Shown here: in pieces, positions 25,846 through 37,534 of the stretch | Position numbering within the stretch: position 1 is the stretch's first letter | How the letters are laid out: each line of letters opens with the position of its first letter | Source of the DNA: Polymyxa betae A26-41 | Lineage: Eukaryota; Protista; Endomyxa: Phytomyxea | Direction: 5' to 3' | DNA: 64,000 nucleotides | NCBI GenBank assembly: GCA_003693705.1 | Contig: RBZT01000790.1 | Coordinates: forward strand, 1-64,000 | Made by a program: the position numbers and the translations under genes | The notes under the pieces: model-generated | What the model was told of the DNA's origin: nothing | Seen by the model: the letters and a program-made list of their open reading frames with translations, nothing else | Databases searched by the model: none

Positions 25846-26568
25846 TTTGATCTCGGTGCTTAGGATCGAATCAGCTCAAACAAAGTTGAGGCAGAGATAT
25901 TTCGTTGTGTCTGTAGAAGGTGCGCAGGTCCCGCCCCAGCCACATATTCCAAACACAGGTACTGACTGGGCGCAGCCCTACCATCGATATCGACCGATCT
26001 TTGCGATCGTCAAGCACGCGATGACCTGCAGCGAGGGGTCGGTTGGTCAGCCGATGCTGGACCTTCGAGTCTGCATCTAGATTGCAGCACTTCATAACTT
26101 GTTCGAGAATGACGACTTGAAGTCAATGCTTGAATCAAGATGAATCGGGTTGCGAAGAAACATTCTATCCATCCGATTGCTAGCGTATTGACTGTATAGC
26201 ATTATGGTATTTTTCTATTACCAATTCATTATAGCGTAATATAAGAAGCTACTTCGGATATTCTCAATGAGATTACATTGTTTGACTCAAAGATCTTGCT
26301 ACGTATTCTAGAGTAGAAACATTGAAGAATATCGTTCGTTAGCGGGCACGGATTCTTATAGTATGAAAGATAATCACCCGAAGAAAACTACAAATTGCAT
26401 GCGTGTATTCTTCATGAGTGACATGCTCGATCCACATCCTCATTGGGAGATACAGCAATGAATCCTGTTTGTGAGGTCAACGTTGCAGATCATTTGAGGG
26501 AAAATGTTTGAAAGTGAGTTATAGTTCAGAAGATCAACGATTCATAGTAAAGGTGCTGAACATGGTGT

Positions 26569-27954
26569 TCAAAAAAGCAAAATTAGATAACAAAGCATAA
26601 ACCGGACATGTGCTTTACCATAGAAGGATCCAAATATCGACACAATGAATGAATCCTGAGGTAACTTCCAGCGTTTCGTGATTTTCTGACCAGGAAGTGC
26701 CAGCTTTTGAATACGAACCGCCTCGCATCGGCAGATCTTCCAGGAAGTATCCTTATATCCGGTTGTAAGGCTCCCGGAAGACCCCTGGGAAGTATCCAAA
26801 GCGTTCATGTCATGACGGTACCAAAGCGCCATTCCTTGAGGGATAGGAAACAGAAAGATCTCGATGCAGAAGTTCTTCAGGCATGAAGTTTCGTCTTCAA
26901 TTGCCTCGAATGACATGGTTGAGGGATATGGTAGGCGGCTTAAAATGGCCTCAATTAGGGCGAACTCGTTTTCGATTTCAGTAGTGTTTGCTGATCGCAA
27001 TAGGAAATTTCTATCACTGAATTCTACGAGGTGTTTTTCGAGAGCATGTCTGAGCATAGTAAGAGTTAATACAACGAAAGTGAGATGAACAGCTTACATG
27101 ATTTGTGATGTACGAGTTTCAATCACAGCGCTGATTTGCCATTGCAGCATCAGATCGCCTTCCCTGAGATAGACTGTTAGATTCAGCAAAACAGAACGAA
27201 ACACGACTGGCGAAAACATTGGCGTTCACTACGAGTAAAGTTCATAAATAAGCTCCAATCTTACTCTGACAGCTGTTTCAGTGGAATAGCGTCCAGTAGC
27301 TGGATTAATACTGGAAGCAACGGGGTGGTGGAGAGGGCTACGTGCCGAAGGATCCATACAGCAGTATTGGGACCCTCGATATCCCCCAGTAAAGCCAGTA
27401 CAAGGGGTATATTGAACAGAAGCTCACGAGACCATCGCCTAGCAAAACCCATACATTAGCGATAGGATCTCGTTTCTTTTGGTAGCAAAGAAAATCCAAA
27501 TCCGGGAATCTGGGAAAACAAGGAGAAAGAGTACTGTAGTACCATACGGGAGTTGGAAAATTTTGTGGCAATCGGGAAGTATTTGACGCACAAAAGCACG
27601 AACAGCCTTTGGAGCATCGTTCTTATCAAGAACCGATAATGCATCAGCGCAGCGACATTTCCAGCGTTTAGCCATGCGGTGATGTAAGAGATGTCTACCC
27701 CGTTTTCGGCGCCACCACCTCGAACTGGTTACTCGCAAACGGATTGGCCGAGAATGACGAGGATGTTTTGGTGGGCAGCCGATCCGCAAATCCTTTTCAA
27801 CGTTCGCAAAGACGCAGCGTGACCAGCGGAAGTCGACAAACCGGCATGCCGCCAGGTCTTTCCCGAACCGAATCTTAGCATCGAGACAATTTGTCGCAAT
27901 ATCGTAGATTTTGGAGAAATCCAACTGACTCAGGCAACGGGTGTAGACGGCCAT
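26569..27954 (-). CDS. Hypothetical multi-exon protein, weakly POP1-like; 3' end uncertain
   Basis: Consecutive coding-like ORFs 27439-27954, 27261-27452 and 26569-27057. Basic RLRVTSSRWWRRKR..HHRMAKRW segment. Confidence 0.45.
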
Positions 27955-28068
27955 CGATGCTAGATCAAAAAGAAGCGAGATGATCCTTTGCTTGTCTTTT
28001 AATCGGAAAAACTGGACAGCGCGAAACAGGAAGTTTAGCTCGCGATCCGATAAGTTGAATATGAAGAT

Positions 28069-28629
28069 CTAATTTCCTATCAGACAAAATACTTTGCTAT
28101 CAACCGAGCTGGAAATTTCATAGCAAGATACTGCAACAAAGTAGGCAAAACGGTTTAAAACGTGAAATTGAAGGCTACGTTTCTTTACCGGTTGCTCACA
28201 GAAAAGTGTGATGTACACCAAGGGCAGTCCAAAGACCACCAAGTTGGGAAGGCTTTGTTTCTCGATGTAATCCATCATATCCAGCACTTCTTCATGGCAG
28301 ATATCAATAGTATCACGAATAATGACGGAGAAGAGCGCCCGAAGACGATCCCGCCCAAGAGCTTTCAAGAATTCGTTGAACGGCACATCCCCATCGCTGA
28401 TTGAACTGCTAACCAGCGGATCCGCAGAACTGATTCCATCAGGTGGTCGGTGTAGCAATGGGAGTTCGTCGAACACCGAATCAAGATTCGAGTCTGTTAA
28501 TGACGGATACAGCATGGCCAGGCTCATGTTGGGGTCTGCAACGGCTGCAGTAACAGCTGCCATCCCAATTAGAGCCTGAGACATAAATATTCCTAACAGC
28601 AGTGCCCAACTAATCATTGGCATGGCCAT
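28069..28629 (-). CDS. Intronless putative secreted protein (about 186 aa), candidate effector
   Basis: N-terminal hydrophobic leader MISWALLLGIFMSQALIGMAA. No family recognised. Confidence 0.6.
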   Translation of the reverse strand: MAMPMISWALLLGIFMSQALIGMAAVTAAVADPNMSLAMLYPSLTDSNLDSVFDELPLLHRPPDGISSADPLVSSSISDGDVPFNEFLKALGRDRLRALFSVIIRDTIDICHEEVLDMMDYIEKQSLPNLVVFGLPLVYITLFCEQPVKKRSLQFHVLNRFAYFVAVSCYEISSSVDSKVFCLIGN

Positions 28630-29627
28630 CGGTCGCTGGCCTCTCTCGCCAAATGACAAAGGTCAAAGACTCAAAGGAAGCCGTCTTGCTTCTACGGAGA
28701 TTCAGTATTTTGACTTCCCCTATTCTTTTCACCCTACTGATTACCGGTATTTCCCCTGGACTATGCTGGTGTTAGGATTTGATTGCTATAGTGCCAGCTC
28801 GGCTTTTGGTATCACTATGCAAACTTTACACTCTTTTGACTCTAAAACGCAAATGGTTGCAGTTGTTAGATAAGAAATTACATTGAGTACTTTTAATGTT
28901 TACCTTTGTTTCTGTTAATCTCAAAGAGTTTTGTCATTTCACGGATCAGCTTCCCTTTGGCCTTTCTCTTCAATGCTGCCACATTTTTTATACAAAACCG
29001 TCGAATTTTGCCGCACCTGCAATCGGAATCATTTTCCGAAGTGAGTGTCCTTGCTCAGCTGAAAATTCAGATTCAATCAATGCGAACAATGCAACTTGCG
29101 CTGGGGCTGATTTCATATTGAAATGAGGTCATGCTAGTTGCTGAGTTTGAACGACTCTTCAAGAAACTGCAAACCTTTCCCATTGCAATCAATGTTTTTA
29201 GAGATTTTCTTTTGAAGCCCCAAACTGCTGTCAGCAGAATTGATATTACTCCTACTTTGCAGAGACATAAGAACAATCAGTCTAGCATTGAATGAATCTT
29301 GGCTTTCGAGAAAGGGCAATTTTATGTCAGGCCTAGCTTATAGAAGTATTGCGATAAACTCTAAATCTTGAAACAGCAGAAATTGATTATAAGTTAGGCT
29401 TCTGTTTTCCCGCTTCTTTACTCTACACAGAGATTGATTTCAGCTTGCAACAATCTTTAATGGCTCGGTCTCCATTAGTATTGGTGCTTTCACAACATTT
29501 CGTGCTGACGATCCACAGCGGTATAACTTCTGCCTGTTAATTTCGAACAAACCCTGTAATAGAAGTTTGACCATCACCTGTAATATCAATCCAAGACAAG
29601 ATAATCATAATCTTAGACAATAAAAGT

Positions 29628-30494
29628 TTATGGTTTGTCTTGGGTTTTGTCGTAGTATATCATAGCATAGATCGCCAATAGCAACCGATGTTGTTCTGGG
29701 CAGTGCTGGGCCAGGCGTCGCATCTGGTCGTTGTCAACATGGCAAAGACTAATTCGATCCATTTCTTGGAACAAGGCGGCCTGGAGGTGTTGCAGCGCTG
29801 TATTATCATCGGCTTCATGGTCCCGGCTGTAGCCACGTAAGCAGTATCCGATTCTATCAATGGATGACACCAGGGCTCGCCCGCCTTTTCGTAAAGCATC
29901 ATCGTCGCGGATGTGGACAAGCTTCTCAGTAACTTCCATAACCTTCGCCTTCAGCGCTCCATTATGATGATGAAAGGCGGAGCCGACCATCACAGTTACA
30001 AATCCATCACCATACATTTCAGCTGCCCGACGCCAGTTCGGGTCGGCAAGCAGATCCTGGAAGCCATATTCGAAATTCAGAGAGCCCTCATTGACGCCAG
30101 CATCCGCATCGGTCTCGTTAAAGGACTTGGCAGGTGCGGCCAGAACATAGATGGCTTTAATAAGGACATCAATGAAGAATGACGGAGTGGGGTCTGAGAC
30201 CACCACCCCACCAACGAAATCCGAAGGTAACATCATACGACACATTGTACGTGGCAGACGGTATCCAATGCCAGACCTCAACGATGTCGTAGACCAAGGT
30301 CGGTGGCCAACGGAGATCGAGGGCTGTAACGAAATCGCCATTGGGTAACGAACAGGAAACGAATTCGCCCGCATCACCCTGGGACCTGGCACTGACATAG
30401 TGGTCGCTGCGGATGCCGACGCCGATCCTATATCGACAACCATGATGGCCAGGGCCAGGGCCAGTACGAGCTGGGTCGTATGCGATTGTTCCAT
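29628..30494 (-). CDS. Intronless putative secreted protein (288 aa) with signal peptide plus transit-peptide-like segment
   Basis: MEQSHTTQLVLALALAIMVVDIGSASASA leader, then 62 residues with no D/E, then a helical globular region. Confidence 0.7.
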   Translation of the reverse strand: MEQSHTTQLVLALALAIMVVDIGSASASAATTMSVPGPRVMRANSFPVRYPMAISLQPSISVGHRPWSTTSLRSGIGYRLPRTMCRMMLPSDFVGGVVVSDPTPSFFIDVLIKAIYVLAAPAKSFNETDADAGVNEGSLNFEYGFQDLLADPNWRRAAEMYGDGFVTVMVGSAFHHHNGALKAKVMEVTEKLVHIRDDDALRKGGRALVSSIDRIGYCLRGYSRDHEADDNTALQHLQAALFQEMDRISLCHVDNDQMRRLAQHCPEQHRLLLAIYAMIYYDKTQDKP

Positions 30495-31533
30495 GCTGAC
30501 GACGCCAGTTGTGATTAACGAAATCTGACGCGATCGAGCGCGGCGTGAGGCTGGGTCTAAAAATAGATTCGGCGCGACAATTGCTTTATGTTTCCAGCTC
30601 AATGGCAACTGTGAACTGTCCAAGGAATGGTCGTCTCACCTGAAGGATGATCTGGAACGCCGTTCTAGCCCAGAAACTAATTGTTTGAAATTTCTCACGG
30701 TATCGGTGTGATTGAAGACGAATCAGTTTTTGGAATGAGCGGCTAAAGCCAAAATGGCCCTGATGCTGCCGCCTTCAAGCTGCGACACAGCCATACGCAT
30801 GTTCCTAACTAAGCGCCAATTGCTAGATGAGAAGTATTCAAGCAGTGTAACATTATATGACAAGGGCGGTACGAAATCGGGAAGAGATTAAGCCGTTAGT
30901 CATTAGGACCAATTGATCTAGCAGCAACTTGGCTGTCTCGGTTTCGCCACCGAGTGGTATTTATCTTCCCGGGACCATTTGGGGATAGGAATCGTGGTTC
31001 CTGCTCTGCTTTGGTAAACGTTGTACACTTAAAACTATGTTAATACCCAATGTCGAAAAACATATAGCCTGCGCTAAGCCAGCAGCATCCTTAGTACCGA
31101 TTTAAACGTCAACCTCATTTTGGCACGCCAAAGAAAGAGCAGCAAGCCCAATATTTAGGCTTTGCCGAGAATCGATCTCTGACTTTTGTTGTTACTGACA
31201 GCTGCGATGTGAGACAATGGAAAGTAACTGCAGCAGATGATCTATCGACCGTCGCTCAACGTTGCGAAACAATCGGGATTCAAAGAGTAATGCAGTTCCA
31301 TTGCATTTTCAGAGAAAGCAATTTTAAATTGAATGACGTCATACCCAATTGGTCAACGAATACCATCCTAAAAAACGTGGAGCACGGGAGCAGGGGTTCA
31401 AGCTGTTGCTGATTCTCGGTTTCAATTAAAGAGCCCTTCACTCAAATGCACGAAAGCATCAGATAAAGATATATTTAAAATATTCAATATCAAGCAATCA
31501 ACTTAGGCGCCTTCCTTGAACATTTACCCAGCT

Positions 31534-32618
31534 TCATTGATTACGCCGAAGGTATTGCATCAGAAACCCGAATGCGAAGAACCTAAAAATCAACTCAGCC
31601 TGGTCAGCAATGAGCAGCATTGGGCCAGTATACCCAGTGGCGGCGATCGATCGTTCGACAGCTCGTGTTTGAAAATCTTCAACAATGTCTTCGACAGACG
31701 ACGTCGTGACGACAGCCACATCCGGCGGAAACAACGACCACCTGGCGAACCCATCTTTTAGCGAAGAAACAGATATAGGGCGGGCCAGTATTACAGACCA
31801 TGGCGTTCGAGATAATCTCACACGATTCGATGAATCGCGCTCGATCTTGGAAATCACAACCGCTTCGCAATTATCGGGTAGGACGGAGACCCTTTCGATA
31901 TGTTCAAATGGTAGCCGGACGCTTAGCAACGCCGCCACGAAGGACGACCAAAACGGGCGCACCTGCTCGGTCTTCTCGCTGATCTATCAGATCGATAGTG
32001 AGCCAACGGCAACTTGTAGCTTGGCACACAGACTGTGTTTAGCAGATCGGGGCAGAAGATTCGCGGCAACGACGCCGAGAACTGCCGCGAAATCCATAGT
32101 TGCTCCGAATCGTCCGAGCTGGACGTCGCCACGAAAAACGGCGCCACGCGCACGTCCTGCGACAGGAACATCTCCCGCAACGCTCCATAATAGCTGACGT
32201 ACCGCCCTAGTAGCCTTTATCAGGCAAGGGGTGAAGGGCGACCTGATGCCGACCGACCCGTATGAACATGCGATAGAATCACGACCGGTTTCGGGGACAG
32301 CTCGTTCCGTATCGGGTCCGGGCTCCGAATCCAGCCATGGACCTTGACGAGACCTAGCGCAGCTCAGCACTGCGGGTCCACAACGACCAGGGAAGTCAGA
32401 CCGGTGGGTTTGGACAGATCCAGTTTGGAGAGGTCCTGAAAGAGGAATGAGAGTGAGGCGGCGAATGGGGGACGGCGGCCTACACGACAATCGGGGGCGC
32501 CGGCGATCGACCTAGCCCGGATCACATCGCGAATGGCGCCGATCAGGTACAGGCCACCGACCGTATGGAGACCGTAGACGACGGTGGCCCAGATCGCATC
32601 CGATGTCGACGACTCCAT
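31534..32618 (-). CDS. Hypothetical multi-exon protein with N-terminal hydrophobic segment; boundaries approximate
   Basis: Coding-like ORFs 32364-32618, 31987-32490 and 31534-31962 on the same strand. Confidence 0.45.
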
Positions 32619-32761
32619 CTCCAGGGGATGGAATCTGTATCTGAGGCTTCTTCTAATTGCGCTGCGTGATGAGAGTGACCTCCATAACCATAACGACTCT
32701 CCCTATTCAGCGACTCTATCGCCCTGCCTTCCTGCGACGGCTGCTGGCGTCTGGTCCGTCC

Positions 32762-32867
32762 AGCTGACAGACGCCTTCTCGGGAGTGACAGGACGAAGCT
32801 GACAGACGCCTTCTCGGGAGTGACAGGACCAAGCTGACAGACGCCTTCTCGGGGAGTGACGGGACGG
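32762..32867. repeat. Tandem repeat, 3 x 35-36 bp (AGCTGACAGACGCCTTCTCGGGAGTGACAGGACGA)
   Basis: Units at 32762-32796, 32797-32831 and 32832-32867 are near-identical. Confidence 0.95.
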
Positions 32868-32889
32868 GCATAGATGACGTCGACCTCGA

Positions 32890-34491
32890 TTATGTAATCC
32901 CCTCCGACATGATTGCATCGGTCGTATTGATGATGGTCCGGTACTGGATCGTGGCCATGGCAGCGGCTGCTCCCGACACCATGATGATGACCGCAGCAAG
33001 GCCGAACGAAGCCCAGGCCCCGGACCACATCGCCAGGCCCGCTGATAGTACGAGAAAGACGACCGAGCCGCAGGCCGATACCTGCACGATCCGCATCAGC
33101 TTCGACGCCGTCGTCTCGATCGTTCGCCGCGCGACGACAACCACGTTGACCTCGGCGAGCTCCGCCGCGTTCATGGCGGCGTGACAATCATGAGCGCTGC
33201 GCATTTGTTCTTGCAGCGCTCGCGACTCGCGATGGATCAGGAACCAGAGAATGGCGTACACGCCCACGACGACGAACAGTTGGGGTTCGTGGGCGGCCAT
33301 GGCCGTGATCAAGGCGCTGACCACGAGGACGCTCAGTACGACGGTCAGGCCGAGACTGAATCGGTCGAGATGGTCGACGGTCCAGAGCATGGCGGCGATC
33401 GCCGTCGCATCCGTGGCGGCGACCTGCGCCCCGGGCGGCGGAATCGCCGGGATTTCCACGCTCTCCTGGTTCGAACCCATCGTGAACGACGACTCGCTGT
33501 CTTCCGGCGGCGCCTGCGGCTTCGGCGCCTTCTTCGGTTTCGCCGGCTGCTTCTTCGGTTTCGATTTCGGCGCAGGGCGGACCGGAGTCGGGGTTCGCGC
33601 GTTCTCAATATCGTCGTCCTGGTCGTCGTCGAAGTTTTCGCGGTTGCCGGACGAGCCCGAATCGGATTCGGTGCGAATATGCGCGAAGATCGATAGGGCG
33701 TCAGATTCCGCGGCCGCCTCTGAATCGTCGTACCGATTTCGAACTGGAGACGGCTGCGTATGGACGGGAGCTGAACGCCTTTCGGGCGTTTTCGTGCGGG
33801 TGTTCTTCGGCGGTGCCCTGCCATCATCGTGACGTCGTCGTACCGGGGCCTGCTGCCTCTCCGAGTGTGCGTTGTGCGACGGCTCCGAATCGTTGTCGAA
33901 CGTTCTTCGATGAGAAGGCGTCTGATGATGGTTTGTCATACGTCGATCGCCCCGATTCGTGTTTCGTGGCGCCTCCAGATCGTCGTAGAGGTCACGATGG
34001 CGCTGATGCGTCGCTGGTCGCGAGTTCGCCGAGCGCGTGTCTTCCCAATAGTCGTCATAGTCGTCGTGGCGGCGTTGCTGCGGCGCTTGTCGTGCCTTGG
34101 CTGATTCCCAGCGTCGTGTGTCGTCATCGGAATCGTCGAGATGGTATGGCGGGTGTCGCTGGCGGTTCGCTGACGTCCACGAAGGTTGTTTTCGAGGCGG
34201 TGCCGGGTCCGTCATGTGCCGGGCTCTCGTTCTTTGCCCATGCGGCTGGGGCTGCCAGAGATCTTCGTCGTCGTCGAAATTGATACGAGTAGGTCGAGCC
34301 TGTTGTGATTCGTCGTCGTCGTAGCCGCGATATCGGGATGGCTGCGACGTCCTGTTGGACTGAGCGCGGCGTTCCCGCCCATACGCCCGGTCGTCATCGA
34401 TCAAAGACGGCGACGAACGTCTTCGGTAGACGTCGCGACGATGGTAGTGCCGGTCCACGTCGTATGGATTCGGGTCGTCATCGTCGAACAT
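32890..34491 (-). CDS. 533-aa protein: long R/D-rich disordered N-terminus, four C-terminal transmembrane helices
   Basis: Single long GC-rich ORF. Hydrophobic segments from FSLGLTVVLSVLVV to FGLAAVIIMVSG. Confidence 0.75.
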   Translation of the reverse strand: MFDDDDPNPYDVDRHYHRRDVYRRRSSPSLIDDDRAYGRERRAQSNRTSQPSRYRGYDDDESQQARPTRINFDDDEDLWQPQPHGQRTRARHMTDPAPPRKQPSWTSANRQRHPPYHLDDSDDDTRRWESAKARQAPQQRRHDDYDDYWEDTRSANSRPATHQRHRDLYDDLEAPRNTNRGDRRMTNHHQTPSHRRTFDNDSEPSHNAHSERQQAPVRRRHDDGRAPPKNTRTKTPERRSAPVHTQPSPVRNRYDDSEAAAESDALSIFAHIRTESDSGSSGNRENFDDDQDDDIENARTPTPVRPAPKSKPKKQPAKPKKAPKPQAPPEDSESSFTMGSNQESVEIPAIPPPGAQVAATDATAIAAMLWTVDHLDRFSLGLTVVLSVLVVSALITAMAAHEPQLFVVVGVYAILWFLIHRESRALQEQMRSAHDCHAAMNAAELAEVNVVVVARRTIETTASKLMRIVQVSACGSVVFLVLSAGLAMWSGAWASFGLAAVIIMVSGAAAAMATIQYRTIINTTDAIMSEGIT

Positions 34492-35006
34492 AGAAGCGAC
34501 TAAACATTGAATGGCACGCGACCATCAGGACAATGTTGTGTGTATGAGAGCAAAAATTACCGAATGCTTCGTGAGGCCAGTGTTGGCTCATTCCCATTAA
34601 ACTCGCTTCACTTCTGATGTCCCCTATAGTCCATGGGATTTACTTTGCGAATAAATCTGACTGTTTTTTTCCACCTTGATAACGTCAATCGGGTCTGGTC
34701 CTGACCGAAAACCTGAACAGAGCGGTATTCTGGCTCATGGCCAGGCAGGATGTTGACCTGCCGCGCTGCCTTCGCTTTCCATCTCGTGCCTTCGAATTTG
34801 TTCCGCTTCTGGCTGCAGCGAACCGAAGGTCCGCGCAGTCTACTTGCTGTTGCTGTTGGCTGGGATGAGCCTTACATGGGTGGGCTGCTGGTCGCCCCAG
34901 CTCATGAGAATCTCGGCGCGGCCCCATCTCAAGTCGTCTCTATGACGAAGCTTCAACTTCGAGCTCATTGCAGTTTCGGTCGACTGAATTGTGGCAGCGC
35001 TCGACC

Positions 35007-37425
35007 ATGCAGGACGCCGGCGCTAGTCAGGCTCTGCTGCCAGCTCCGGTTACTAATGTGGCTCACGCGGAACTGGGACCAGACCTTGACACATTCGATT
35101 GCTTCGAGTCGAACTCACTCGTGCGTCGGCTAGAGATTCGTAGCCGAACGAACTCGTTTTTCAGGAACCATGCATTGATTCGGTGGTTTCTGATCATGGT
35201 CGTGGCGATTTTCACAGCTTTAACCGCTCTTCTGGTTTGGGTTTTGTCTCGAGCGATTTCAGGCGAAAAGTACCGAATTGTCAGAGGTCTGATTGCTTCT
35301 GGAACTGTTGCAGAAACCATCTTGGTCCATTGCAGCTTATCTTTTATGCTAGCTTCGGCTGCAGCTTTCTTATGTGCATATATCGAACCGGTCGCTGCAG
35401 GCTCCGGTATTCCTGTGATCAAATGCGTTTTGAACGGGCTTAAGCTTCCACGCGTCGTTCGACTCAAGACGCTATTTGTGAAGGCGCTGGGTGTGGCGTT
35501 TTCTGTTTCTGCTGGGCTCCCTGTAGGCATCGAAGGGCCTATGATTCATTGTGGTGCAATCTGTGGTGCTGGTGTCTCGCAGGGAAAATCGACCGTCTTC
35601 GGCATTAATACTTCGTTCACGAAATTTCCTGGTTTTCGCAACGATAAAGAGAAACGAGACTTTATCTCAGCTGGAGCGGCTTCTGGCGTCGCTTGTGCGT
35701 TCGGGGCGCCAATTGGAGGAGTGCTTTTCAGTCTTGAAGAAGGGTCTTCATTTTGGAACCAGAAACTGACGTGGCGGACGTTCTTCTGTTCGATGATGTC
35801 GTATTTCGTATTGGCGATGTTCACGTCAGCATTGGTCGACAACAATACTTGGGGCAAGCTCAACGATTCGTCGATGTTTACTTTCGGAGACTTCACCGCG
35901 ATGGGCCAGAACGAATTCACATATTCTGCCTATGAGCTTCCTGTTTTCGTTTTGATTGGCGCTTTTGGCGGTCTCGTTGGAGCGCTTTACAACCATTGCA
36001 ACATGCTGATTGCGAAATGGCGCCGTATCAATGTCGCCTCGCCTCTTCGTAAAATAGCAGAGGCTGGTCTGACGGCCTTCGCATTTGCTGCTATGACGTT
36101 CGGCCTGTGTTTGATGAACCGGTATCATTGCAAGGGATTGGTAACAGCCCATGAGAAGATTCGAGGGCAGCTCGTCCGGTTTTATTGCCCTGCAAGCTAT
36201 TTCAACCCGTTGGCATCACTTCTGCTAAACCCGTTTGATGAGTCCATCAAGCTTCTATTCCACGCCTCATTTGAGTTCGATTACTCGGAATTGTTTATTG
36301 TGTTTATGCTGATTTTAATCGCTTCATGCTGGTGCTATGGCATGTCTATCCCTTCCGGTCTCTTCGTTCCGACTTTATTGTGCGGGGCTTGTTCAGGTCG
36401 CGTTGTTGGCCAACTGCTTAATGCCTACGCGCCGATCTCCACTGTTGATGCGGGGACATACTCGTTAATTGGGGCTGCCTCTGTTCTCGGAGGGATGTCA
36501 CGCATGACGATATCGCTAACTGTTATTTTGATCGAGGTATGCTTGCTGGAAATGGCTCAATATCCTTTATGCTCATCGCGTTTCTAAGTGTACCGGTGAT
36601 ATCCAGTATGGTCTGCCGATTATGATAACCTTGATGACCGCCAGGTGGGTTGGTGAATGCTTCAACGAAGGTCTTTACGACATTCATATTCACCTTAACG
36701 GATGGCAATTTTTGGAGTTTGATCCTCCACCGATTGCCCAATATTTGCTCGCCTTTGACATCATGAGCATCGAGCCGATATACTTTCGAGAAGTCGAGAC
36801 TGTTGGGAGAATCGTTCAAGTACTCAGGTCTGAATGACATTCTCTTTCACCATTATTGTCTAATCAGGGTCTTAGTAATTGCCCGCATAACGGGTTTCCT
36901 GTTGTGGATAGGTCAGAGTTGCCGCAAGGAGCGTCCATGCCTGCATTCAGAGGGCTGATAAAAAGGCAGCAACTAACTGTCCTTTTGCAAGCAAGATGTT
37001 TCTGTAAAGATATTCCACAGCCGTATAAGTCTCCTCCAAGAATTCATCATATGGCGATGGAAGCATCGTATCCTAGGTATCCGGCTATTGAAGACGTATG
37101 CTTGTCTTCGGAAGATCTTGATTATTACGTTGACCTAACACCATATATGGATCCCGCTCCATATGTTATGCAGCAGTTAGCGCCTGCTTCCACAGTATTT
37201 CGCCTCTACAGGACAATGGGATTAAGACATATTCCCGTTGTAACTAAGACCAACCGCTTGGTTGGTATAATCACCCGCAAGGATCTCACTCATATTCGTT
37301 TCCGTCGCCAACTTAAAGAGCTTATCAGCGACCAAGGGGCTGTTGGCGATCATGTTGACTGGATCGATGATGTTTCACAATACGAATTCGTGAGAAGTTT
37401 CCTGGAGCGAAATCAACAGCACTAG
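35007..37425 (+). CDS. CLC-family Cl-/H+ antiporter (CLC-6/7 type) with CBS domains; start uncertain
   Basis: GSGIP, GIEGPMIH, AFGAPIGGVLFSLEEG, GLFVP, GLYDIHI, HNGFPVV, MGLRHIPVV..VGIITRKDL. Confidence 0.95.
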
Positions 37426-37534
37426 AATATGAATGGACTCCTATAATACTTGATTCGAATTTATTAATAAATACTGTACATACAGGATTCTCCACCCTCG
37501 ACCGCTGCTTACCACGATACGGTTAGGAGGACTA

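Noticed and set aside
26040-26085. TTCGAGTC T-loop-like motif as a tRNA
   Set aside because: No cloverleaf can be folded around it.
32762-32867. 35-bp repeats as a CRISPR array
   Set aside because: Units are directly adjacent with no spacers, the context is eukaryotic, and there are no cas genes.
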